Assembly: GCA_965247115.1 (NCBI GenBank)
Contig: CBDFGR010000002.1
Span: forward strand, 384,001 to 448,000
Length of the DNA stretch: 64,000 nucleotides
Direction of reading: 5' to 3'
From: Myxococcota bacterium
Lineage (GTDB): Bacteria; Myxococcota_A; UBA9160; SZUA-336
Positions 21,923-31,390 of this stretch are shown here, piece after piece. Every line of letters begins with the position of its first letter. Position 1 is the stretch's first letter. The translations under genes and the position numbers were made by a program. The notes beneath the pieces were generated by a model. That model ran no database searches, was not told where the DNA came from, and was given only the letters and a program-made list of their open reading frames with translations.

Positions 21923-23326
21923 TCAGTGCTGCGGTTCGGAGCGGCGGGAGTAGTTGCCGCCACTCCAGGCGTCTAGATGGGCGACGAGCTCGCGTGCGCG
22001 AATCGTGAGCTCGGCGCGCTCGGCCGCGGCATCCGCGTCGAGCGCGGCCAGGCGGAGGAGCAGGCGCTGGCGCTCGAAGTAGAGCCGGTTCACGCGCTCC
22101 AGTACCTGGTCTCGCAACTCCACCAGCTGACGCCGTTCGCGCGAGATGTCGAGCGCCTGGTCGGGCAGGGCGCTGCGGGCGAGCTCCCATACGAATGCGA
22201 GGTCGAGGCTGAGACCGTTGTCCCGCTCGGATGACGTGTCGAACAGATTGCGCACGCGACCCGAAGAGAACACCTCGTCGTGGTCGCTGTCGCGCGCTCT
22301 ATCCCGGTCGAAGGAGAGCGTCGCCCGCACCTGTGGGATCCAGGCCGCGCGTCGTGCGCGCTCCTCGATTGCGGCGATGCGACGCGGCGAGATGTCGAGG
22401 TACGCCAGGACGGCGCGATGCAAGCTGCGGATCTCCGATCGCTGGGCGGCCAGACCTTGTAGCGCCAGCACGGGCTTGAGCTCCGCGCTCAGCTCGAGCG
22501 AAGCGACACCGCGCCGTGTAGCAACGAGAAGGCGCTCGCCCGAGTGCACCAGGGCTACGGCGTCGGCATGGACGGCCGCCTGCGGGACGCCGCGTTCGAG
22601 CTCGGACAGCGCGATCGGGTAGGCGCCTCGCTCCGAGGCTACCCACAGTGTGGAGCCCACCAGGGCGATGTCGCGCAGCTCTCCGACTCCCGGTTCGAGC
22701 CGCCGCGCTCCCTTCGCGTCGAGACTCCAGAGGCCGCGCGGTACGCACAGGATGGAGCCTCCACCGATGTCGACGGCGGCACGCAGCTCCCACCAGCCTT
22801 CCTCGAGTCCGCGCAGTACGCGCTCGAAGGCTGGACCCTCGCCGCGCCGCCAGATGGCCCCCTGCATGGCCACCCACACCCCCGCAGAGGACGCGCGCAC
22901 GGACGTGACGGCCCCGCCGGGCAGCGACACCTCGCGCTGAAAGCTCGCCGCACCTTGGGCTCGCGCGTACAGGCCCGACTCCGTGGCGACCCACTCGGTA
23001 TCCTGACGGTCGCTCGCCACGGCGCGGACCCGCGCCCCCACTCCGAGTGGAATCTCCGCAGGCCAGTCGGCGTCGCTTCGCCAGCGGTAGAGCCCCGCGG
23101 CGGTCGCGATCAACAAGTGCCCGTTCGCGCGCGCCAGGTCTCGAACCCCTCCGCGCGCCAGGATCAGTGACCAGCCATCGCTACCGTTCTGGTAGAGACC
23201 CCGCTCCGTGCCCAGCACGACCCGTTCGCCGTGGATCGCGACGCTGGTCGGTGGAGCGGGTGATGGGGCCGCGAGCCAGACCGGGAGGAGCAGCAGGTGA
23301 AGGGCCGCGAGCATGCCCGAGGTCAT
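21923..23326 (-). CDS. Secreted protein: beta-propeller-like repeats plus helical, TolC-like C-terminus
   Basis: Hydrophobic N-terminus; repeated xATxxGLY blades; C-terminal amphipathic helices (RDQVLERVNRLYFERQRL). Confidence 0.7.
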   Translation of the reverse strand: MTSGMLAALHLLLLPVWLAAPSPAPPTSVAIHGERVVLGTERGLYQNGSDGWSLILARGGVRDLARANGHLLIATAAGLYRWRSDADWPAEIPLGVGARVRAVASDRQDTEWVATESGLYARAQGAASFQREVSLPGGAVTSVRASSAGVWVAMQGAIWRRGEGPAFERVLRGLEEGWWELRAAVDIGGGSILCVPRGLWSLDAKGARRLEPGVGELRDIALVGSTLWVASERGAYPIALSELERGVPQAAVHADAVALVHSGERLLVATRRGVASLELSAELKPVLALQGLAAQRSEIRSLHRAVLAYLDISPRRIAAIEERARRAAWIPQVRATLSFDRDRARDSDHDEVFSSGRVRNLFDTSSERDNGLSLDLAFVWELARSALPDQALDISRERRQLVELRDQVLERVNRLYFERQRLLLRLAALDADAAAERAELTIRARELVAHLDAWSGGNYSRRSEPQH

Positions 23327-23456
23327 GAGCAAACGCCGTGCCGCGTCGCGACGGCAAAAAATGCCCTGTTTCAGCCACCTGCAACAGAGATGTGAACGAC
23401 CACTGGCACGCTCGTGAACCTGCGCACAAGCTCTCGGGGAACACGCTGCCACGTGC

Positions 23457-23484
23457 TTGACAGTCTCCCCCCCACGTCTAGAAT
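23457..23484 (+). promoter_or_regulatory. Sigma70-type promoter for the DUF4124-cofDCE operon
   Basis: TTGACA (23457-23462), 16-bp spacer, TAGAAT (23479-23484). Confidence 0.7.
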
Positions 23485-23553
23485 CCGCCGCAGGCGCGCG
23501 GACTTCGGGCGCACGCAAAGCTGGAGGCGGCGAAGATTCTCGAACCCAGGCTC

Positions 23554-24072
23554 ATGCCCCGCCTCGTGCTCGCCCTTGTCCTCGGGGGCGCGACCGGCTG
23601 CTCCACCCCCGACGAGCCCGCAACGGGGCTGTATCAGTGGGTAGACGACTCTGGGGTCGTGCACTACACGACGGATCGCGAGCTCGTCCCGGAACGGTTC
23701 GAGTCGAGCAGGCGTCTGTTGAGCTCCGACCGGGGCAGCCGCGAGCGCGCGCTGGCCGCGCGGAGCGCGCCTGTTCGAACGGTGAACGAGGCGATGCCTG
23801 CGGTGCAGAGCCCGCCACCGGCGACGCAGAGCCCGCCTGCGGTGCAGAGCCCGCCACCGGCGACCCCTCCCCGCCGTGAGATCGACGTGCGCGCCATCGC
23901 CGAGCTCGAGGCCTCCATCGAGCGGGACCGCGAGTCGCTCAAGGACCTGATCAGCGAGGGCGAGTGGGAGGGTTCCGAGGTGACCACGAATTTGGAGCTG
24001 CGTGAGCTCGCAGAGCGCCTGGCGCGGCAGGAGTCGGAGCTCGCGGCGTTGCGCGGAAACGCCGAGCGCTGA
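23554..24072 (+). CDS. DUF4124-like lipoprotein with Pro-rich linker and coiled coil
   Basis: Lipobox-like ATGC; LYQWVDDSGVVHYTTD; duplicated AVQSPPPAT linker (39-bp period, 23796-23864). Confidence 0.75.
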   Translation: MPRLVLALVLGGATGCSTPDEPATGLYQWVDDSGVVHYTTDRELVPERFESSRRLLSSDRGSRERALAARSAPVRTVNEAMPAVQSPPPATQSPPAVQSPPPATPPRREIDVRAIAELEASIERDRESLKDLISEGEWEGSEVTTNLELRELAERLARQESELAALRGNAER

Positions 24073-24077
24073 GCCCG

Positions 24078-25019
24078 GTGGGTCGGCCCGTCGTCGCCCT
24101 TGCTGGTGGAGTGGGTGCCGCCCGCTTTCTCGAAGGGCTGGTCCAGGTCGTCCCCCCCGACCAGGTAACCGCGGTCGTGAACACAGGCGATGACCGCGAC
24201 TTCTTTGGCCTGCGCGTCTGCCCGGACCTCGACATCGTGACCTACACGCTGGCAGGGATCGTGAACAGGGAGACGGGCTGGGGCTTCGAGGGCGAGACTT
24301 TTCACTGCCTCGAGGCACTCGGGCGACTGCGCGACGACACCTGGTTCGCGCTCGGCGACCGAGATCTGGCCACGCACGTGCAGCGGAGCGTTCGTCTGCG
24401 CGAGGGCGCATCGCTGACACAGGTCTGTGCCGAGCTCGCCAGCGCCTTCCAAGTGGAGGTCGAGATCCTGCCGATGACCCACGATCCCGCCCCCACCCGC
24501 ATCGTCGCCGCCGATGGCAGCGTGAGCGACTTTGAGGAATACCTGGTCCGCGACGGCGCGCCGTCGGAGTTGCGGGAGGTGGATCTCCGCGCGGCGGCGG
24601 CCGCGCGGCCGACCGCGGAGATGCTCGAGGCGCTCGATGCTGCAGAGATCCTGCTCATCTGCCCCAGTAACCCGGTGGTCTCCATCGGCACCATCCTCGC
24701 GCTGCCCGGCGTGCGCGAACGGCTCCAGACCCGACGCTGCGCCGTGGGCATCAGCCCCATCATCGGCGGTCGTCCGGTCAAGGGCCCGGCCGACCGTCTG
24801 CTGCCTGCCGTTGGCGCGGAGGTCTCCGCGCTGGGCGTGGCGAAGCTGTATCGCGACCTCATCAGCGGCTTTGTGATCGACCGCGCAGATGCCCTGCTGG
24901 CAGCGGAGATCGAGGCCCTCGGGCTCGCGGTGCGAGTCGAAGACACGCTCATGAAAGACGCGAAGGTCGCGGCCAACCTGGCCGCAGCCGTGCTCGAGCT
25001 GGCAGGGTGGAGCGCGTGA
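24078..25019 (+). CDS. cofD: 2-phospho-L-lactate transferase (F420 biosynthesis)
   Basis: LAGGVGAARF, VNTGDD, CPDLD, WFALGDRDLATH, PSNPVVSI. Confidence 0.95.
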   Translation: MGRPVVALAGGVGAARFLEGLVQVVPPDQVTAVVNTGDDRDFFGLRVCPDLDIVTYTLAGIVNRETGWGFEGETFHCLEALGRLRDDTWFALGDRDLATHVQRSVRLREGASLTQVCAELASAFQVEVEILPMTHDPAPTRIVAADGSVSDFEEYLVRDGAPSELREVDLRAAAAARPTAEMLEALDAAEILLICPSNPVVSIGTILALPGVRERLQTRRCAVGISPIIGGRPVKGPADRLLPAVGAEVSALGVAKLYRDLISGFVIDRADALLAAEIEALGLAVRVEDTLMKDAKVAANLAAAVLELAGWSA

Positions 25020-25654
25020 AGGTCGCCGCCGTCGTGCCCTTCAAGTGCTTCACGCGCGCCAAGGGTCGCCTGCGCGCCGCCTACTCCGACGTCCAGGTGG
25101 AGCAAATCCTGCACGCTCTGCTCGCAGATGTGCTCCACGCGCTGCGCTCCGCGAGTGCGGTCGACTACGTCGGCGTTCTGACGGACGACGAGGCGGTCGC
25201 CGCCGTCGCGAGCGCGGCGGGGGCCGACGTCCGTATGCGCGCACCCGACCCGGGGCTGAACGAGGCGATCGAGCAAGCCGCGGACGAGCTCGAGGCCGCA
25301 GGCTTCGAGGCTCTGCTGGTCGCCCTGGGCGACCTTCCCCTCTTGCAGGCCGCGGACGTCGACCAGGTGATCGAGGCGGGGCTCGAGCACCCGGTCGTCC
25401 TCGTGCCCTCGGCAGACGCTGGTACCGCGCTCTTGCTGCGACGACCCCCGCGCAGAATTCCAGCCCGCTTCGGTCCCGACAGCGCCGCCCGTCACGCGGA
25501 GGCCGCCCGCGAGGCTGGGCTGCGCGCGTTCGAGCTCGACTCGTTCGACGAGCTGTCGCGCGTTGACCTGGACACGCCCGAGGACGCCCTCCGGGTACTC
25601 GCCTCCGGCGTCCCGTGTCAGACACGAGACGTCCTGCGGAGCTTCGTGCGATGA
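25016..25654 (+). CDS. cofC: 2-phospho-L-lactate/PEP guanylyltransferase (F420 biosynthesis)
   Basis: VVPFK..AKGRL, GLNEAI, GDLPLL, FGPDSAARH, DLDTPED; lies between cofD and cofE. Confidence 0.9.
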   Translation: MKVAAVVPFKCFTRAKGRLRAAYSDVQVEQILHALLADVLHALRSASAVDYVGVLTDDEAVAAVASAAGADVRMRAPDPGLNEAIEQAADELEAAGFEALLVALGDLPLLQAADVDQVIEAGLEHPVVLVPSADAGTALLLRRPPRRIPARFGPDSAARHAEAAREAGLRAFELDSFDELSRVDLDTPEDALRVLASGVPCQTRDVLRSFVR

Positions 25655-26367
25655 GCATCCGCCTTCAGGCGATCGAAGGCGTACCGGAGATCTCTCCGGG
25701 AACGGACGTCGCAACGCTCCTCGCGGAGCGCGTTCCCCCAGGGCCCGGTGTGCTGGTGGTCGCGCAGAAGATCGTCTCCAAGGCGGAGGGTCGCCTTGTG
25801 CGACTGAGCGAGGTAGAGCCCTCCTCCCGCGCGCGCGAGCTCGCAGCCAAGGTCGACAAGGACCCCCGGCAGGTCGAGCTGATCCTGCGCGAGTCCCGCC
25901 GCATCTTGCGCGCGGTGCCAGGCGTCCTGATCTGCGAGACGCACCATGGGCTGACCTGCGCGAACGCCGGCGTGGATCTCTCCAACGCTCCTGACGACGA
26001 GGTGGCGATCCTGCTACCGGAGAATCCCGACGCGTCCGCCGAACTCATCCGGCGTGCACTCGGGCCGGGCCGAGGCGTAATCATCTCCGATACCTTCGGT
26101 CGGCCCTGGCGCGAGGGGCTCGTCGACGTCGCGATCGGCGTGGCCGGGCTCGCGCCCCTGCGGGACTTCACCGGCCAGACCGACCGCCGCGGCCGCGAGC
26201 TCGTCGTTACCGTGATGGCATACGCGGACCAGCTGACCGCGGCAGCTGGCATCCTGATGGAGAAGGAGGCGGGGCTGCCCGCCGTCTGGATCGAAGGCGT
26301 CCCCGTCGGGGGCGACGGAAGCCTCGCCGACCTGCTGCGCGACCCCGAGCACGACCTTTTCCGCTAA
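25651..26367 (+). CDS. cofE: Coenzyme F420-0:L-glutamate ligase
   Basis: QKIVSKAEGR, CANAGVDLSN, ISDTFGRPWREG. Confidence 0.94.
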   Translation: MSIRLQAIEGVPEISPGTDVATLLAERVPPGPGVLVVAQKIVSKAEGRLVRLSEVEPSSRARELAAKVDKDPRQVELILRESRRILRAVPGVLICETHHGLTCANAGVDLSNAPDDEVAILLPENPDASAELIRRALGPGRGVIISDTFGRPWREGLVDVAIGVAGLAPLRDFTGQTDRRGRELVVTVMAYADQLTAAAGILMEKEAGLPAVWIEGVPVGGDGSLADLLRDPEHDLFR

Positions 26368-26373
26368 CGCAGC

Positions 26374-26988
26374 TCAGTCGAGCAGCGGTGTGCCGTCGGG
26401 TCGACGGATCTCGAGCTCAGTCCAGCAGCGCATCCAGGCGCCTACGGGAGCAAGTCCCCTGCCCGTCTTTCCCGAGACGGCCACCAGGTGTTCTCTTGGA
26501 AGACTCGTCCGTGACGCGACCTGCTCGAGCGCTCGCGCGATCTCTCCCTTTTTGAGCTTGTCGATCTTCGTCAGGATCACCCGCGCCTGGATCTTTTCCG
26601 CAGCGAGCCAATCGAGCAGGTCGAGCTCCTCCGACTGCAGGCCGCGCCGCGGATCGACGAGCAAGAGGGCGCCGCGCAGCGCTGCGCGTGTGCCCCGAAG
26701 GTAGGATTCGACGAGCCCGCGCCAGGAGCGACGCTCCACGCGGGCCACCGCCGCGTAGCCGTAGCCCGGGAGGTCGACCAGATACGCCGAGGAGTCGAGT
26801 CGGTAGAAGTGAATCCGCCGGGTCTTGCCTGGACGTCGGCTGGTGCGCGCAAGTCGGCGACGGCCCACGAGCACGTTCAGGAAGGTGGACTTGCCCACGT
26901 TGGAGCGGCCAAGGATGGCCACCTCCGCCAGACCGTCGCGCGGGAATTGCTTCGGCCCGTCCGCATCGTACGCGAGTTCGACATCCAC
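26374..26988 (-). CDS. engB: Ribosome biogenesis GTPase EngB/YihA (start uncertain)
   Basis: GRSNVGKST, PGKTR, DLPGYGY, TKIDK. Confidence 0.92.
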   Translation of the reverse strand: MDVELAYDADGPKQFPRDGLAEVAILGRSNVGKSTFLNVLVGRRRLARTSRRPGKTRRIHFYRLDSSAYLVDLPGYGYAAVARVERRSWRGLVESYLRGTRAALRGALLLVDPRRGLQSEELDLLDWLAAEKIQARVILTKIDKLKKGEIARALEQVASRTSLPREHLVAVSGKTGRGLAPVGAWMRCWTELEIRRPDGTPLLD

Positions 26989-27035
26989 CAGTCCGGCTCC
27001 TTGCTGCTCCAGACCACGGAAGGTAGCCTCCCCAG

Positions 27036-27455
27036 ATGAACAAGGGCGTGCAGATCGCACTCGCGAGCCTGGCCGCGTTCGCCGGCTTGATCTGGGTGAT
27101 CGCGAGCGGCACCGCGCAAGACGGGGCGTTTCGCTACTACAAGAGCGTCAGCGAGTACATGGTGCACGCACCTGGGGGGAATGGCGGCAGCGAGCAGCTG
27201 CGCGTCCACGGCTTCGTGGTAGGTGGCTCGATTGCAAAGAACCTGGGAGCGGGCCACGTCGACTTCGCGATCGCCGACGCCGAGCCTGTGGAGACGCTGC
27301 CTGTCCGCTTCCTCGGGATCGACGTGCCCGATCTCTTCCGCGACGGCGCGGAGGTCGTGGTCGAGGGGCGCTTCGAGGGTCAGACCTTCCTCGCGGAGCG
27401 CGTGATGGCGAAGTGCCCTTCCAAGTACGAGGCCGAGACGGAAACCGAAGCCTGA
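27036..27455 (+). CDS. ccmE: Cytochrome c maturation heme chaperone, CxxxY-type
   Basis: N-terminal TM; LRVHG, PDLFRDGAEVVVEG, AKCPSKY. Confidence 0.93.
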   Translation: MNKGVQIALASLAAFAGLIWVIASGTAQDGAFRYYKSVSEYMVHAPGGNGGSEQLRVHGFVVGGSIAKNLGAGHVDFAIADAEPVETLPVRFLGIDVPDLFRDGAEVVVEGRFEGQTFLAERVMAKCPSKYEAETETEA

Positions 27456-27489
27456 GGAGCGGGGGTGCGCCCCGAGCTTCCCGGCGGGT

Positions 27490-29466
27490 GTGGGGGACGA
27501 TACGTTGCTCGTGACGCTGGGTGAGTACTCGCTTTTCCTGGCGATCTTCTTCGCCGTCTATGCGACGGCGGCCGCCTTGATCGGCGTCTTCAGGAACGCG
27601 CCCCAGTGGCAGCGCAGCGCCGAACGCAGCGTCGTTGCGCTCTTCGTTCTGCTCTCGCTCGCGATGCTCGGACTGGAGGCCGCGCTCATCGGCGACCGCT
27701 TCGACCTGGCCTTCGTGGCACAGATCTCTACCCGGGAGCAGCCCTGGCCGTTCAAGCTCGCGCTCTGGGGAGGACACGACGGCTCGCTGCTGCTCTGGGT
27801 CTGGATGCTGGGGTTGATGAGCTTCCTGGTCGTACGTCAGAACCGCCACCGCAACCGGGTCCTCATGCCCTGGGTGATCGTCTCGATGATGGCGAACGTC
27901 CTCTTCTTCCTGGGCCTGGTTGCGTTCGTCTCAAACCCCTTCGACCCGCTCCCTCCCGGCGAGGCCTACTCGAACGGCGCGGGCATGAACCCGCTGCTCC
28001 AACATCCCGTCATGCTGATCCACCCGCCCATTCTCTACACGGGCTTCATCGCGTTCTCCGTGCCCTTCTCCTTCGCGGTCGCTGCCCTTGTCACGCGCGA
28101 GCTGGGACAGAACTGGTTCCGCGCAACCCGACGCTGGACGCTGACCGGTTGGTTCTTCCTCGGGGTCGGCATCATGCTGGGCGGCCGCTGGGCATATGAG
28201 GTGCTCGGCTGGGGAGGCTACTGGGCCTGGGACCCCGTGGAGAACGCGTCGCTCATGCCCTTCCTGGCAGCCACCGCGTTCCTCCACTCCGTGATGATTC
28301 AGGAGAAGCGCGGGATGCTGAAGATCTGGAACATCACACTCATCGGGCTGACCTACTCGCTCTGTGTGTTCGGCACCTTCCTTACACGTAGCGGTGTCGT
28401 GCAGTCGGTACATAGCTTTGCGAACGCGGGCTGGTTCGGTACGCTGTTTCTCGGCTACGTCGCGCTGATCGCCTTCGGCTTCGCCGCGCTCGTGCTCTGG
28501 CGCCTCCCGTTGCTGCGCAGCGAGAACAAGCTCAACTCGGTGGTCTCACGCGAGGCGAGCTTTCTCCTCAACAACTACGCCTTCATGGCGCTCCTCTCGA
28601 TCGTCTTCTTCGGCACGCTCTACCCCGTGTTCTCCGAGGCGCTGACCGGCGCGCGCGTGCAGATTGGCCCGCCCTTCTTCCGCCGCTTTGCGGGACCGCT
28701 TGCGCTCTTCCTGCTGTTCCTGACGGGCGTCGGACCGCTCATCGCGTGGCGTCGCGCAACCTGGATCAACCTGCGAAAGAGCTTCCTCTGGCCCTCTCTG
28801 ATCGCTCTCGCGGTGGCCGCCGTGAGCTGGGGCCTCGGCGTGCGGCGCTTCTGGCCGTGCGCGTTCTGGGCGCTCTGCGCGTTCTCTGCCGCCACCATCG
28901 GCGAGGAGTACCAGCGCGGCATCCGAGCGAGAATGCGCCGGGGCGAGAACGTGGGACGCGCGTTCCTCGAGCTCATGCGCCGCAACCAGCGCCGCTACGG
29001 CGGCTACATCGTTCACCTTGCGGTCATCCTCATGTTCGTGGGCTTTGCAGGAGCCGCCTTCAACCTGGAGGAGACCAAGCTCATGCGTCCAGGCGAGGTC
29101 TGGAGCCTGAACGGATACGACCTGGAGTACCGACAGAGCCGACCCGTCACGCACCCCCACTACGCCGGAGCGGTGGCGCGCCTCGCGCTCAGCGGGCACG
29201 GGCGCCCGCTCGGCATCCTCCTGCCCGAGAAGCGCATGTATTACCAGCAAGAGCAGCCCGCGACGATCCCCGCCGTCTGGAGCACGCTGCGCGAGGACTT
29301 CTACGTGATCCTCGTGGGCATCGAGCCCGACCGCTCGGTCGCGGTCAAGGTCTACATCAACCCGCTGGTGAACTGGATCTGGATCGGCGGCTTCGTCTTC
29401 GTGTTCGGCAATACGCTCCTGCTATGGCCGCTTCCGAAGCGGCTCGGTGGCCGGACGGAGAGTTGA
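27490..29466 (+). CDS. ccmF: Cytochrome c heme lyase CcmF
   Basis: GMNPLLQ, IHPP, WGGYWAWDPVEN, SVHSF, NPLVNWIW. Confidence 0.95.
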   Translation: MGDDTLLVTLGEYSLFLAIFFAVYATAAALIGVFRNAPQWQRSAERSVVALFVLLSLAMLGLEAALIGDRFDLAFVAQISTREQPWPFKLALWGGHDGSLLLWVWMLGLMSFLVVRQNRHRNRVLMPWVIVSMMANVLFFLGLVAFVSNPFDPLPPGEAYSNGAGMNPLLQHPVMLIHPPILYTGFIAFSVPFSFAVAALVTRELGQNWFRATRRWTLTGWFFLGVGIMLGGRWAYEVLGWGGYWAWDPVENASLMPFLAATAFLHSVMIQEKRGMLKIWNITLIGLTYSLCVFGTFLTRSGVVQSVHSFANAGWFGTLFLGYVALIAFGFAALVLWRLPLLRSENKLNSVVSREASFLLNNYAFMALLSIVFFGTLYPVFSEALTGARVQIGPPFFRRFAGPLALFLLFLTGVGPLIAWRRATWINLRKSFLWPSLIALAVAAVSWGLGVRRFWPCAFWALCAFSAATIGEEYQRGIRARMRRGENVGRAFLELMRRNQRRYGGYIVHLAVILMFVGFAGAAFNLEETKLMRPGEVWSLNGYDLEYRQSRPVTHPHYAGAVARLALSGHGRPLGILLPEKRMYYQQEQPATIPAVWSTLREDFYVILVGIEPDRSVAVKVYINPLVNWIWIGGFVFVFGNTLLLWPLPKRLGGRTES

Positions 29467-30737
29467 GGGGCTCCCGAGGCAGAGCCCTCCTGCTGGCTGC
29501 AATGCTCCCCGTCGCGGCCCTTCCGCTGACGACCGGTGCCGCAGAGATTCGCGGCACGGTAATCCACCCTACGCGACCGGACGTCGCCTCCGACCTCGAG
29601 GTGCGGCTCCTGGGACTGACCGAGGACAACGAGCCGATTCGCAGCAGCGTGCGTACCGACACCGAGGGGAGCTTCCACTTCGTCGATCTGCCGGAGCCCG
29701 CTGCCTATCTCGTAGCGGCGTCTTACGACGGGATCTCGTTCCCCGGGGGAACCGTGTCGTTCCGAGCGGGAGAGGCTCCGAGCAAGGCCCCGCTCGTCTT
29801 CCACATCTACGATCGGACCACGGACGCCACCGCCCTCAGCGCGCCCTTGCTGAGCTGGGTCATCGAGCGTGAGGCCGGTGTCTATCAGGTGAGCCAGAGC
29901 CTGTCGGTGCGAAACGGCGACTCGCGAGTCGTCGTCGTCGAGGCTGGTGAGCCGCCGCTCCTGCGCATGCCTCTGGCGCCCGGACACGGAGAGGTCCGGG
30001 CCGCCCTGGGCCGCCTCGCCGAGGGCGTGTCGATCGTCGACGGCAGCGCCGAGCTGCGCGGACCCTTGCTGCCGGGAGAGAGCGAAGTGCGTCTGCGCTA
30101 CGAGCTTCCTCTGGACGGGATGCTGGAGACGGAGGTCGGTGCGCTGCAGCCGACCGCGGCAGCTGGCGGCTGGCCCGATGGCGCCCCTCGCGTCGAACGC
30201 CTGGAGCTCTACTTGAAGGACTTCGGGATTGCCGTCGACGCCGGGACCCTCCACCCCGCACGACCGGCGCGCAGCGGCGACGTCATCTACCTCGCCTTCC
30301 TCGGCTTCGAGCTCGAGCCCGGGACCCGATACCCACTCCGGGTCTCGCCCCTCTCCCCTTCTCCGGCCCCGCCCGTCTGGTCGACGGTCCTGCTCGTGGC
30401 CCTGCTCGCGGGCGTGAGCCTCTACGTGGTGGGACGTCCGGTCGCGATGGCCGCCACGGAGCCGGTGGTCGACGCTCAGGCTCCTGGGGAGCTGGAGAAG
30501 CGAGCCCTGCAGGACGCGCTCTCGGACCTCGACTTCGACTTCGAGACCGGGAAGCTGTCCGTCGAAGACCGCGACCGGCTACGCGCGGAGCTCACCGGAG
30601 AAGCCGTCCGCTCGCTGGCACGCAGACGCGGCCTGACCCGAGGCAAGACTCTGCCGGCCGAGGAGCCACGCTGCACGTGCGGGCATCAGGCGCGGGAAGG
30701 CGACAAGTTCTGCGCTGCCTGCGGCAGGCCGTTGTGA
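29463..30737 (+). CDS. Ccm-associated membrane protein: periplasmic beta domains, TM, CcmI/CycH-like helix, C-terminal zinc ribbon
   Basis: Signal peptide; TDTEGSFHF; TM; LSDLDFDFETGKLS; CTCG...FCAACG. Confidence 0.7.
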   Translation: MRGSRGRALLLAAMLPVAALPLTTGAAEIRGTVIHPTRPDVASDLEVRLLGLTEDNEPIRSSVRTDTEGSFHFVDLPEPAAYLVAASYDGISFPGGTVSFRAGEAPSKAPLVFHIYDRTTDATALSAPLLSWVIEREAGVYQVSQSLSVRNGDSRVVVVEAGEPPLLRMPLAPGHGEVRAALGRLAEGVSIVDGSAELRGPLLPGESEVRLRYELPLDGMLETEVGALQPTAAAGGWPDGAPRVERLELYLKDFGIAVDAGTLHPARPARSGDVIYLAFLGFELEPGTRYPLRVSPLSPSPAPPVWSTVLLVALLAGVSLYVVGRPVAMAATEPVVDAQAPGELEKRALQDALSDLDFDFETGKLSVEDRDRLRAELTGEAVRSLARRRGLTRGKTLPAEEPRCTCGHQAREGDKFCAACGRPL

Positions 30738-31390
30738 TCCAGGTCGAGGAGCTCGAGAAACACTACGGGAGGGTCGCGGCGCTCCGCGGCCTCTCCCTCG
30801 AGATCCAACCGGGCACGGTGACCCTCGTCGCCGGTCCGAACGGAGCGGGGAAGAGCACCTTGCTGCGAATCCTGGCCGGGCTGACACGCCCCACGAGCGG
30901 TCGCGTCTCGATCCACGGCCGCGATCCGTTCGGCCGCGGAGCCGCGGCGTCGCGGGGACGGGTCGGCTTCGTTGGCCAGGAGCTGGCTCTCTACGGCGAG
31001 CTCACCGTCGAGGAGAACCTGCGCTTCGTGGCACGCCTTCACGGGATCAGCGTCGATGACGCCACCACTGGCCTCGATCCTCTTCACGAGCTCGACCTGG
31101 AAGCGGTCGCCGGGCAGCGGGTCCGCACGCTGTCGCAGGGCTACGGGCGCCGTACCTCGATCGCGCGTGCGCTCCTGACCCGCCCCGAGGTGCTACTGCT
31201 CGACGAGCCGTGGAACGGACTCGACGCGGAGGCAGCTCGCCGCCTGGTAGCCCTGCTCGCCGCTGAACGCGAGCGGGGCCATACGGTGGTGGCGGCCCAG
31301 CACGGCGCGGGAGAGCACCCAGGCCTGTTCGATCGCACGATCGAGCTGGCGGCGGGCAGGCTGGCGCCCTGCCGTGCTTCGACCCCGTGA
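30734..31390 (+). CDS. ccmA: Heme ABC exporter ATP-binding protein
   Basis: GPNGAGKST, LSQG, LLDEP; position in the ccm operon. Confidence 0.88.
   Translation: MIQVEELEKHYGRVAALRGLSLEIQPGTVTLVAGPNGAGKSTLLRILAGLTRPTSGRVSIHGRDPFGRGAAASRGRVGFVGQELALYGELTVEENLRFVARLHGISVDDATTGLDPLHELDLEAVAGQRVRTLSQGYGRRTSIARALLTRPEVLLLDEPWNGLDAEAARRLVALLAAERERGHTVVAAQHGAGEHPGLFDRTIELAAGRLAPCRASTP

Noticed and set aside
21410..21976. Short ORFs containing WDPAAGVRGHPP or CGTRPRASAATH recurring at several loci
   Set aside because: Translations of the REP-like repeat, not a protein family
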